Below are positions 50,821-59,940 of a DNA stretch of 64,000 bases, piece by piece. The notes under the pieces are model-generated. The model saw only the letters and a program-made list of their open reading frames with translations, did not search any database and was not told the DNA's origin. Source of the DNA: Aureliella sp. GTDB lineage: Bacteria > Planctomycetota > Planctomycetia > Pirellulales > Pirellulaceae. How positions within the stretch are numbered: the first letter of the stretch is position 1; each line of letters opens with the position of its first letter. The stretch is taken from contig OY829846.1 in NCBI GenBank assembly GCA_963691875.1, positions 3,680,001-3,744,000 of the forward strand. The letters run 5' to 3'. The translations under genes were made by a program, and so were the position numbers.

Positions 50821-53800
50821 ATGAAGTCTCGCTTCCGTGCTGCTCTCGCAGTTTTAACACTCGCCTTGCTCTTATCTCCAGTTCTCGCACAGGAAGCCGA
50901 AAAGCCAGAATCGGAGTTACCCAAGCTGAAAACTTCCGATGTCTCAGCACTCAAACTGCGTTCCGTTGGCCCCGCTTTGATGTCGGGACGCATCGGCGAC
51001 TTAGCCGTTGATCCCGTAAAGCCAAACACTTGGTACGTGGCAGCTGGTTCTGGCAATGTTTGGAAGACGGATAACGCTGGAACAACCTGGAAGCCTATCT
51101 TTGAAAACTATGGTTCCTACTCAATTGGCTGCTTGGCCATCGACCCATCCAACCACAACACGTTGTGGGTTGGGACAGGTGAGAACGTCGGAGGGCGACA
51201 CATCGGCTTTGGCGACGGCATCTATGTTAGTCACAACGGCGGCAAGTCTTTCAAGAACATGGGGCTTAAGAAGTCAGAACACTTGAGCAAGATCATCGTT
51301 GATCCCTACGATCCGGACACTGTCTACGTCGCTTCCCAAGGTCCGCTATGGTCGGCAGGAGGCGAACGAGGATTGTACAAAACTACCGATGGTGGCGAGA
51401 ACTGGAAGCTCGTCCTCAGCAAGGGCAAGTGGACAGGCGTAACCGACATCGCCATGGATCCCGAAGACCCAATGGTGCTGTATGCCGTGACACACCAAAG
51501 GCATCGTACTGTCTGGGGAATCGTCAACGGCGGTCCTGAAAGCGGCGTCTTTAAGTCGACTGACTCTGGCGAGACTTGGACCGAGCTTAAGTCGGGTTTG
51601 CCCGGTGCGGACAAAGGCAAGATGTCGATCGCTGTTTCGCCACAAAAGTCAAACGTCGTCTACGTGACGATCGAGCTGGCGGGACGCACCGGTGGAATCT
51701 TTCGTTCCGAAGACTTTGGGGCCAGCTGGAAGAAAATGAGCGACTATGTCGGTGGCGGAACCGGTCCTCACTATTACCAAGAAATCTACTGTGATCCGCA
51801 TCGCTTCGATGTTCTCTATCACGCCAATGTCAATCTCGGACGTTCGATGGACGGTGGTGCGACTTGGGAAGCAGTCGAAAGTGGTCACAAGCACGTCGAC
51901 AACCACGCCGTTGCCTTTCACCCGACTGATCCCGACTTTGTTTTGGTAGGCTGTGATGGAGGCGTTTATCGCTCTTACGATTTTGCGAAAACCTACCAGT
52001 ACGTTTCCAACCTGCCGCTGACTCAGTTCTACAAAGTCGCCGTTTCCTACGAGGAACCATTTTATCACATTGCTGGCGGTACGCAGGATAACTACTCGCA
52101 GTACGGTCCAGCTCGCACTGCCGATAGCGGCATCATGAATCGCCATTGGCGCGTCACCATCGGTGGCGACGGTCATGACTGTGCGATCGATCCGAAGAAC
52201 CCGGACATCATCTACGGCGAATCACAGCAAGGTTTCATCCGTCGCTTTGATCGTCGCACGGGCGAAACTGTCGACATCAAGCCTCAACCCGGTGCTGGTG
52301 AAGAGGACCTACGACACAACTGGGACTCGCCGATCGAGATCAGCCCACACTCCAATACTCGACTGTACTTCGGCTCGAAGAAACTCCATCGCAGCGACGA
52401 CCGCGGCGACACTTGGACCACGATCAGTCCTGATCTTTCTCGCAATGTCAATCGTTTTGCACTTAAGCACATGGATCGTGTGTGGAGTGTCGATGCGATG
52501 TACGATTTGTTCGCGATGAGTCAGTATAGTAATCTCACTTCGATTGACGAATCGCCAGTAGTGGAAAACTTGATCTATGTCGGCACCGATGATGGCCTGA
52601 TCCAAGTCACCGAAGATGGCGGGAAGAACTGGCGGAGGATTGATAAGGTTTTCGGCGTGCCGGAGTACTTCTTCGTGAACGACATCAAGGCTGATCGTCA
52701 CGATGCGGATACGGTTTACGCTTGCGTCGACAATCACAAGACCGGTGACTATGCTCCTTACGTTCTGCGAAGTCGTGACCGCGGCGAGACTTGGGAGTCG
52801 ATCGTGGGTGACTTACCAGCGAATCACATTTGCTGGCGAATCATCCAGGATCACGTTAATCCTGACTTGCTGTTCCTTGGCACCGAGTACGGTGCTTACT
52901 TCACCGTAGATGCCGGTCAGCACTGGAGTAAGCTCCCTGGTGCACCCGTGATTCCATTCCGTGATTTAGAGATCCAGCGAGTCGAGAACGACTTGGTTGG
53001 CGCAACCTTTGGTCGCGGCTTCTACGTCTTAGATGACTACACACCGCTACGCAGCTTGGATCCTGAGTTGATTGCTGCCAAGAAGTTCCAGCTCTTCGAC
53101 ACGCGGCCCGCCAAGCTCTATGTCCGCAATGGCGAAGTCGGTGGCGGAACTGGTTTCCAAGGCGACAACACTTTCATTGCCGACAATCCTCCGTTTGGCG
53201 CTGTGTTCACGTACTACATGCCTGAGACCCTGCAGACAGCAAAAGCGAAGCGAGCGGAGCGTGAATCGAAGCTCGCCGCAGCTGGCGAGGACAATCCTGC
53301 TCCGGATTGGGAAGCGATGCACGAAGAGAATTACGAGGAAGCACCTCAAATTATCCTAACCATCCGCAACAGCTTGGGCGAAGTTGTCAATCGCGTGACC
53401 GGACCTGCGAGCAAGGGTTTGCACCGCGTATCCTGGGGGCTGCGTTACGGCACTGACATGGGACGTGGACCTTATGCTGTTCCGGGCAAGTACACCGTCG
53501 AAGTGGCTCAGCGTGCTAATGATGAGACCAAGCAACTGTCAGAAGCCAAGTCCTTCGAGGTTGTCTTGGCCATGAACTCCACTCTGGAGCCCCAAGATCG
53601 CGAAGCGACTCTTGCGTTCCAGATGGAGATGGGCGAATTGCAACGCAAGGCCATCGGAGCCGGTCGCAAGTTATCCGAAGCGATGGAGCAACTGGACGAA
53701 ATCAAGTCCGTGCTCAAGCGATCTCGTACTGCTGATCCAGCCATCTACGATCAAGCTCGTGCCATCGAGAAACGAATGCTCGCCATCGACCGTCAACTGA

Positions 53801-54063
53801 ACGGCGATTCCATCAAGGATGAACGAAGTCAGCTTGGTCAGGTGTCCATCATGAGCCGCTTGCAGACTGCTCTGTTTGGCACGATGGGACAGACTTACGG
53901 TCCAACCAACACGCATCGTGAGCAGTTCGCGATTGCATCCAACGAGTTCAAGAAGCTTAGGCCTGAATTGCGCAAGGTGCTCGATCAAGAGATGAGCAAG
54001 TTGATGCAAACGCTTGACGAAGCCGGGGTCGCTTGGACCAGCGGTCGCAAACTGCCTGAGTAA
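50821..54063 (+). CDS. Secreted VPS10/sortilin-like BNR-repeat beta-propeller (glycosyl hydrolase-like) protein
   Basis: Signal peptide, LRSVGPALMSGRI, many Asp-box S/TxDxGxTW repeats, GTQDN, GGDG, ATFGRGFYVLDD, coiled C-terminus. Confidence 0.9.
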   Translation: MKSRFRAALAVLTLALLLSPVLAQEAEKPESELPKLKTSDVSALKLRSVGPALMSGRIGDLAVDPVKPNTWYVAAGSGNVWKTDNAGTTWKPIFENYGSYSIGCLAIDPSNHNTLWVGTGENVGGRHIGFGDGIYVSHNGGKSFKNMGLKKSEHLSKIIVDPYDPDTVYVASQGPLWSAGGERGLYKTTDGGENWKLVLSKGKWTGVTDIAMDPEDPMVLYAVTHQRHRTVWGIVNGGPESGVFKSTDSGETWTELKSGLPGADKGKMSIAVSPQKSNVVYVTIELAGRTGGIFRSEDFGASWKKMSDYVGGGTGPHYYQEIYCDPHRFDVLYHANVNLGRSMDGGATWEAVESGHKHVDNHAVAFHPTDPDFVLVGCDGGVYRSYDFAKTYQYVSNLPLTQFYKVAVSYEEPFYHIAGGTQDNYSQYGPARTADSGIMNRHWRVTIGGDGHDCAIDPKNPDIIYGESQQGFIRRFDRRTGETVDIKPQPGAGEEDLRHNWDSPIEISPHSNTRLYFGSKKLHRSDDRGDTWTTISPDLSRNVNRFALKHMDRVWSVDAMYDLFAMSQYSNLTSIDESPVVENLIYVGTDDGLIQVTEDGGKNWRRIDKVFGVPEYFFVNDIKADRHDADTVYACVDNHKTGDYAPYVLRSRDRGETWESIVGDLPANHICWRIIQDHVNPDLLFLGTEYGAYFTVDAGQHWSKLPGAPVIPFRDLEIQRVENDLVGATFGRGFYVLDDYTPLRSLDPELIAAKKFQLFDTRPAKLYVRNGEVGGGTGFQGDNTFIADNPPFGAVFTYYMPETLQTAKAKRAERESKLAAAGEDNPAPDWEAMHEENYEEAPQIILTIRNSLGEVVNRVTGPASKGLHRVSWGLRYGTDMGRGPYAVPGKYTVEVAQRANDETKQLSEAKSFEVVLAMNSTLEPQDREATLAFQMEMGELQRKAIGAGRKLSEAMEQLDEIKSVLKRSRTADPAIYDQARAIEKRMLAIDRQLNGDSIKDERSQLGQVSIMSRLQTALFGTMGQTYGPTNTHREQFAIASNEFKKLRPELRKVLDQEMSKLMQTLDEAGVAWTSGRKLPE

Positions 54064-54083
54064 GGAGCTCTTTGTGATAAGCA

Positions 54084-54114
54084 GTTGGCTGTTAGCGATT
54101 TGCTTTCAGCCAAC
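54084..54114 (+). terminator. Stem-loop just after the VPS10-type gene
   Basis: GTTGGCTG...CAGCCAAC 8-bp stem. No strong T-tail on the + strand. Confidence 0.45.
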
Positions 54115-54626
54115 AAAGTGGGACACCAGAAGACGATTTTCCCCAGTTGCAAGGCAGCATGGGAACGATTGTTCTTCTTTTGGATGTCATTCAGAAGCGT
54201 CACCTCCTCTTTGCTCACGCTCCAGCGTATTTCTGCACCAAGATGTATCCGTCGTTTTTTCCTCTGCCGTAGCGAGCTGCGTGAGAGTCATACTTGGGAA
54301 ATGTCTCGTCGTGCTGTGACAGCTCAAGTATTTACATCAGTGGTAGTTCAGGAGTTCAAAGCCAGCCCCGCCGCAAGATGCCAAACACGCAGTCGCGTTC
54401 TACATCCCCTGCAACAGCAGTTGGGAGATCTGGATACGTAGCCTAAATAACTTCTAGCGAGAGTTGCCGATCGCTCCGTCGATCGTCGCTTGAGCCATGC
54501 ATTGCCATTCGGGGCAGACACCGGTAGAACACCTTAAACGAGCAATCTCGCAAAAGTGTTGAACCTGCGATGCTCATGACAAGCAAGATGCCTCACCGAT
54601 GGCAAACGCGAGAACGGACTTAAATT

Positions 54627-54923
54627 ATGGCGTCATTAGAATCTGCCGAATACTGGCGAGCTCTCTTTTCTCACTGGCCCGATGAGATTGAACGACGGGG
54701 CATGGTGCTGACAAAGCAGGGCGAGGTGGTTTCGTTTGACAATTTCTTAGTCTCAGCAGGGTTGTTGCTGCTGGAAAGAAGTGCTCCCGATGCATCGGGG
54801 GCGCGCAAAGCTTTCGTGGGTTACGACTCGATCGCGCTGGTTAAGATGCCGACGACAGCAGACATCGAAGACTTTCTGACTATGGGATTCCAACCGCCCC
54901 GACCTCGAACGCAGAACGCATAA
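54627..54923 (+). CDS. Hypothetical protein
   Basis: 98-aa ORF with protein-like composition (WRALFSHWP..RRGMV, LLLERSAPD..GARK). Confidence 0.75.
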   Translation: MASLESAEYWRALFSHWPDEIERRGMVLTKQGEVVSFDNFLVSAGLLLLERSAPDASGARKAFVGYDSIALVKMPTTADIEDFLTMGFQPPRPRTQNA

Positions 54924-55066
54924 CTCATTTGTGAACGAAGCTTCGGATACGATGTTCAACGACCAACCAACGCCGGCAGAAGACGCTGCCTTGCCTTAGC
55001 TGCTCGCACTTATCACCAGCCGACTTTTGTTGGTTGGCAATACTCATACTTTTTTTGGAAAAGGGT

Positions 55067-55114
55067 TTGCATGGGTGTCAAAAACCGATATGCTTATTGA
55101 CATCAAATCTCAAA
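55067..55114 (+). promoter_or_regulatory. Putative sigma70 promoter with an adjacent Fur-like dyad operator
   Basis: TTGCAT(55067)-N16-TATGCT(55089), followed by TTGACAT-CAA-ATCTCAA (55097-55113), arms 6/7 complementary. Confidence 0.55.
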
Positions 55115-55239
55115 TGCACCACCCCAGCGAGCCAAATTTCGTGGAATTCTCTCCCACGAATCGTTAGCCAGCCAGGCAATGCGAAGTCGTGACGACAAAT
55201 TTGTCGTTGCGAACCACTCATTTTCTTGGAGGCTCGCCA

Positions 55240-56169
55240 ATGCGATCCAGTCAGCAATTTCTGCGTCGAAGGTGCGCATTCACACTCGTTGAACTCTTAG
55301 TCGTCATTGCCATTATTGGCATTCTGGTCGGTCTTCTTTTGCCGGCAGTGCAGTCAGCTCGTGAAGCTGCTCGCCGCATGAGCTGTCAAAACAACCTCAA
55401 GCAGATTGGCTTGGCGATTCATAACTACCACGACACCTATCGTCAGTTCCCGTGGGTGAATGCAAATAGCACGTTAGGAGGTGGGAGTGCGTTTGTCGCG
55501 ATTCTTCCACACATGGAGCAGACCAACGCGTTCCGCCTCTATGACTTCACGAAATCGAATCGTGATCCTTACAACCGCCAAGTCGTTTCGCAGCGGCTTC
55601 CATTTTATTGGTGTCCATCTGCGGTCGAGCGTCGTCCGGTTCCTGAGTGCGATAGCGATGCGGGCCGTGCGCCTGGATCTTATGCGGTAAACATTGGAAC
55701 CGAGGACTACAACCAATACTGGTCGTACTTTGGACTGCCCCAGCCCAGTTTGGACGGCATGATCGTCTACTCGGACGTTCGCGATCGCAAAACCAAGTTT
55801 GCTTCTGTGACTGACGGGAGTTCAAACACTTTGTTGGTTGGTGAAACCGCCTACAACCTGCCTGATTACTTGTTTTCGTTTGGCAGTTGTCGAGGCGAAT
55901 CTCGCTTCTCGTTCACCTACTGGTGTAATCCGTATCCGGGTTCGACTGCTTGTACAACTGAATACGCTTTCAATCCGAACGATGTTTGGAATGATGGCGT
56001 CTTTGACCGGGGCTGGGTGCGTTCCTTCCGAAGTGATCACGTAGGCGGCGTTCAGTTTGTCTTTGGCGACGGCTCCGTTCACTTCGTCTCGGAGAACATC
56101 AACGCGCAAACGCTCGATAAGTTGGCTGCCCGCAATGACGGCGAAGTGCTTGGTGACTGGGGGCAGTAA
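55240..56169 (+). CDS. DUF1559 prepilin-type N-terminal cleavage/methylation protein
   Basis: [78 protein letters not shown]. Confidence 0.95.
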   Translation: MRSSQQFLRRRCAFTLVELLVVIAIIGILVGLLLPAVQSAREAARRMSCQNNLKQIGLAIHNYHDTYRQFPWVNANSTLGGGSAFVAILPHMEQTNAFRLYDFTKSNRDPYNRQVVSQRLPFYWCPSAVERRPVPECDSDAGRAPGSYAVNIGTEDYNQYWSYFGLPQPSLDGMIVYSDVRDRKTKFASVTDGSSNTLLVGETAYNLPDYLFSFGSCRGESRFSFTYWCNPYPGSTACTTEYAFNPNDVWNDGVFDRGWVRSFRSDHVGGVQFVFGDGSVHFVSENINAQTLDKLAARNDGEVLGDWGQ

Positions 56170-56170
56170 G

Positions 56171-56623
56171 GTGAGTGTTGCTGTTCGTTGCGGCTTGATT
56201 TTCCTCGCGTCATTTCTTCTGGCAGGCTGTGGAGGTCCCGAAGGCCCTCCGCGAGCTGCGGTTGAAGGCACGGTAACGCTAGACGGCAAGCCGCTGGCTG
56301 CCGGGATGGTTCGTTTCGTGCCGAAGGATGGGACGCCAGGGCATAAGGTTTCGGTTTCCATTGAGGCAGGTAAGTTCAGTGTTGGTGCTGAGCACGGACC
56401 GGCGGTCGGGGCGCATCGAATCGAGATCGAGTCCTCGGATACGGGCGGTCTCGCCATGGATGATGAGGACACAATCGACAAGATGCAGGATGAGGGCATT
56501 AGGCGAGTCAAGGTGGTGAAGGTGCCGCCTTGGTACAACCGCGAGAGCAAGCTGGCGGAGACTGTCTCTGCTAGCGAGCCGAATCAGTATGTCTTCGAGC
56601 TATCGACAAAGCGTCGACGCTGA
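56171..56623 (+). CDS. DUF1559-associated lipoprotein (carboxypeptidase-regulatory-like fold)
   Basis: LAGC lipobox, VEGTVTLDGKPL..GMVRFVP, G..VGAHRIEI, VPPWYN..SKL. Confidence 0.85.
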   Translation: MSVAVRCGLIFLASFLLAGCGGPEGPPRAAVEGTVTLDGKPLAAGMVRFVPKDGTPGHKVSVSIEAGKFSVGAEHGPAVGAHRIEIESSDTGGLAMDDEDTIDKMQDEGIRRVKVVKVPPWYNRESKLAETVSASEPNQYVFELSTKRRR

Positions 56624-56659
56624 AGTTGTTTTTGTGGTCATAAAAGTTAGGGCAAAGGC

Positions 56660-57472
56660 ATGAGTCAAGAAGTTGAGCAAGGATTGCGAGTTCCTCGGCA
56701 AGCCGAAACTCTGGAGCAGTTTGCACCGAGGTTGTGCGGATTGCCCGGTTGGGAGAACTACTCTGCCGGGCAACTTTGGCCAGCGCTCAAGGAAATCACT
56801 CGAGCAGTTGCGGCCGACGAAGATGTGGGGCGAAACTGGGAGCTGATGGGGCTCATTTTTCGTGACATGGCTAAGCCTAAGTCAGCGATTAACGCTTTCG
56901 AGCAAGCCTCAGTTTTGGTTCCACTACATCCTTTTTCCAGCTTATGTTTGGCTGAGTGCTATGGCTCGATCGGTAAGCGAGAGCTTGCTCGGGATCTGTA
57001 CTTAGTGCAAGCGGAAAGCGAGCAGGTCATGGCCTCTACCGACCTCATGCTACTTGTTGCTTCAGGTTTTGAAGGCATCGATGAACCGCATCTAGCTATG
57101 GAGCTTTGCCGGCAGGCGAGTCAGCTTGACCCGGGGAGTGGGCAAGCCGCTTATGACATGTGCTTCTATGCGTCGCGCTGCGGCGCACAGCCAGCTTTGG
57201 TCGAATCGCTAGCGTGGCGAGCGGTGGAGCTGGAACCTCGCAATGCGCACTTTCGCGTCGGTCTCGCCTCACTGCTGATTCGAATGCATCGATTCGACAA
57301 GGCGTACTGGATCGCGAGTAGTCTGACCGAGTGTCAGATCTTTGACATCACCTGCGAGTGCTGCCTCGAGCGTATTGAGCGGCTATTTGAGTTTCGTGGT
57401 GACGAAGGGCGCGTTGCCGCCTGTCGGCAGAGAGTGCACTTCCTCAACCGGGCGAAGAGTGAATCAAGATAG
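56660..57472 (+). CDS. TPR-like protein with a Cys-rich C-terminal CECC motif
   Basis: TPR-like helices (AINAFEQASVLVP, AVELEPRNAHFRVGLASLL), ITCECCLERI. Confidence 0.75.
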   Translation: MSQEVEQGLRVPRQAETLEQFAPRLCGLPGWENYSAGQLWPALKEITRAVAADEDVGRNWELMGLIFRDMAKPKSAINAFEQASVLVPLHPFSSLCLAECYGSIGKRELARDLYLVQAESEQVMASTDLMLLVASGFEGIDEPHLAMELCRQASQLDPGSGQAAYDMCFYASRCGAQPALVESLAWRAVELEPRNAHFRVGLASLLIRMHRFDKAYWIASSLTECQIFDITCECCLERIERLFEFRGDEGRVAACRQRVHFLNRAKSESR

Positions 57473-57490
57473 GGCTCAACTAGGAGTGAA

Positions 57491-59080
57491 ATGATGACAT
57501 CCGTACTTTGGACGCTCAGCCTGCATCTCGCCGTCTTCGCAGGCAGCTTTGCCGTCTACCTTGTTATCATGGCGATTCGTGTCCGGATTGCCCGGCCTAG
57601 GCCCGAGCTAGGTACTGATAGAGATTTTAAGCCATCTGCTTTTGCGAGTACGCCGAGTGTATTTGCAGACGAGCTTTTGCGCCGAGTGGTCCATCCGCAC
57701 GAACAAGGTGTTGCCACGATCGAGCGTAATTGCATGCAAGGGAGAACAGAAATGCCAGCAGCAAGTTGGAAAATAGCTCAAGTAAAACAGTTGTGTTTAT
57801 TTGCGATCATCGGATTAACTCTGTCGCAAGCATCCGTTGCCCAATCCAGCGACTGGGTGAAGTTTCAGAATGGAGGCAAGTGCTTCCTGGATTCTGATTT
57901 GCCCATTCAATGGTCGGAGAGCAAGAACATTGCCTGGCAAGTGGATTTGCCTGGCTACGGACAATCATCGCCAATCGTCATTGGCTCCACGGTAATCGTG
58001 ACCACCACGGAAGGTGGCAATAAAGAGAAGTATCATTTGCTGGCCTACGATCTCGAGTCGGGGAAACCGATATGGGCGAAGCAGTTTGCGAACCCAACAC
58101 CACAGGAAAACACCAGTTACGTCAGCCGGGCGGCTCCCACACCCGTGGCAGATGCTCAAGCTGTCTACGCTTTTTTTGAAGGTGGTTTGCTGGCAGCAGT
58201 CTCCTTGGATGGCGAGCAACTGTGGAAGCGCGACTTGATCGCAGAGTTCGGTGCTGTCTCAGCCAGACATGGCCTAGCTTCTTCACCGGAACTCAGCGAC
58301 GAGACAGTGTTCGTATGGGTCGAACGCAGCGAAGACCCTTTCCTGATGTGCCTTGATAAGAATAGTGGTGAAACCAAGTGGAAGATCACTGGCGTCGGAG
58401 CCACAAGTTGGAGTTCTCTACGGCTTATCCCTGTCGACAATGACAACCAACACTTGGTCTGCAGCGCTAGTGGCAAGATCGTCGGGTTTGATCCGGTAAC
58501 GGGCAATCGACTTTGGGAGTTTGACAAAGTTTCCAACAACACTTCCTGCACTCCGATACCGTTGGGCGAAGGTAAGTTTCTGGTTGGAGCTTCCGATGGA
58601 CGTGGTGGTGAGCCAGGTTCAGGGGCTGCGTCCAACGGCGTAATTCAGCTAACGCAAACAAACGGCAAATGGTCCGCTGACTTCATTTGGCAAGCAAAAC
58701 GAGCGACAGCTAGTTTCGGCAGCTCGATTGTCTTCAAGGATTCTGCCTTCATCGTCAATCGCGAAGGCATTCTCTACGAGCTGGATGCAAACAGTGGAAA
58801 ACGGCGTTCAATGAAGCGCACCAAGGCTGGCAGCATCTGGGCCACACCGCTAGTCGCTGCTGGCAAGCTTTATCTGTTTGGCCGCTCGGGCATGACAAGC
58901 GTCATCGATCTGTCCAGCGGAGAAGAGATCGCATCCAATCCGCTTTGGACTCCCAAGCCTGCTGCAGACGGCGAGCGTTCCTTCGGAGGTTCGGTTCTCT
59001 ACGCTGCAGCTGCCAAGGCACCACACTTGATTCTCCGGCGCGGCGATAAGTTATATTCGATTCTTTCTGAGAAACCTTAA
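57491..59080 (+). CDS. PQQ-binding-like (BamB-type) beta-propeller protein; probable second start at 57752
   Basis: DWVKFQNGG, LPIQWSE..NIAWQVDLPGYGQSSP, AAPTP, HGLASSP, IWATPL. Confidence 0.88.
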   Translation: MMTSVLWTLSLHLAVFAGSFAVYLVIMAIRVRIARPRPELGTDRDFKPSAFASTPSVFADELLRRVVHPHEQGVATIERNCMQGRTEMPAASWKIAQVKQLCLFAIIGLTLSQASVAQSSDWVKFQNGGKCFLDSDLPIQWSESKNIAWQVDLPGYGQSSPIVIGSTVIVTTTEGGNKEKYHLLAYDLESGKPIWAKQFANPTPQENTSYVSRAAPTPVADAQAVYAFFEGGLLAAVSLDGEQLWKRDLIAEFGAVSARHGLASSPELSDETVFVWVERSEDPFLMCLDKNSGETKWKITGVGATSWSSLRLIPVDNDNQHLVCSASGKIVGFDPVTGNRLWEFDKVSNNTSCTPIPLGEGKFLVGASDGRGGEPGSGAASNGVIQLTQTNGKWSADFIWQAKRATASFGSSIVFKDSAFIVNREGILYELDANSGKRRSMKRTKAGSIWATPLVAAGKLYLFGRSGMTSVIDLSSGEEIASNPLWTPKPAADGERSFGGSVLYAAAAKAPHLILRRGDKLYSILSEKP

Positions 59081-59090
59081 AAGTCATTCC

Positions 59091-59142
59091 AGTTTGGCGG
59101 CGTTTCACGCGTCATGAGAATGCGTCGTGGCGCCGCCAAACT
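59091..59142 (+). other. Intercistronic 12-bp perfect stem-loop
   Basis: AGTTTGGCGGCG ... CGCCGCCAAACT, no T-tail. Confidence 0.7.
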
Positions 59143-59181
59143 CTCCACCAATCCCAAACAACCTTCCGGGAGATCCAATCC

Positions 59182-59877
59182 GTGTCACACCACCTCAATA
59201 AATTCGTTTTCCTAGCACTAGTCCTGGGCCTTCTCATCCCGCGTGCCGAGGCCCATTTTCCTTGGCTGATTGTAAATGAAGACGGTAAGGCTGCTTTGTT
59301 CTTCGGTGAGAGCATTGCCGAGCGGAGCTACAAACTGCCACCGACAATTGCAAAAGCAAAAATCAACGCATGGGCGAAAGCGAAAAGCACCAAGGTAAAG
59401 ACGACGACACTTGAGTCGGATGAATTCATCGGCCTCGTTTCAGAAGAGAAAGTTGGTGATGTCCGTTCTTTGTCCACGAATGTTACCTACGGCATCTACA
59501 ACGGCAACCGCCTCAATTACTTTGCCCGCCACCTCACTGGCCTGCGTAAGAAGAAGGGCAAGCCACAGGCCAAAGCGAAGCTGAGCGCCCAAGTTGTTGA
59601 CACTGACGAAGGTGTGGACGTTTATGTCTACGAACTCGGCAAGCCCATGGAAGGCATCGAAGTGCATCTGTACTGCAGCGCAGGCCACGAAGAGGGCACA
59701 GGTAAGACGGACGCCAGTGGCAAGATTTCCTTCACAGACAAAGAAGTCGAAGACGGCTTAAACGGCATCATGTTTGGCCACACAGTCAAGGGAGACGCGG
59801 GCGAACTCAACGGAGAGAATTTCGAGTCCACCATGTACTACTTCACCTTGACCTTCAACGATCCAGAAGACAAATAG
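59182..59877 (+). CDS. Secreted DUF4198-like protein
   Basis: Signal peptide ending AEA-HFPWL (N-terminal His), FFGE, YGIY, GKPMEGIEV..KTDASGKISF. Confidence 0.65.
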   Translation: MSHHLNKFVFLALVLGLLIPRAEAHFPWLIVNEDGKAALFFGESIAERSYKLPPTIAKAKINAWAKAKSTKVKTTTLESDEFIGLVSEEKVGDVRSLSTNVTYGIYNGNRLNYFARHLTGLRKKKGKPQAKAKLSAQVVDTDEGVDVYVYELGKPMEGIEVHLYCSAGHEEGTGKTDASGKISFTDKEVEDGLNGIMFGHTVKGDAGELNGENFESTMYYFTLTFNDPEDK

Positions 59878-59940
59878 TCTTCAGTTCAATAGTGGTTGCT
59901 TCTTCTTTCGGGACTGACCGAACATCTAATAGGCACAGAT

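Noticed and set aside
54120..54500. Possible decayed gene on the minus strand
   Set aside because: Stop-interrupted frames with no recognisable motif.
55822..56550. 242-aa minus-strand ORF, and similar long antisense ORFs (15673-16311, 27441-28073, 34524-35228)
   Set aside because: Shadows of well-supported plus-strand genes, with no motifs of their own.
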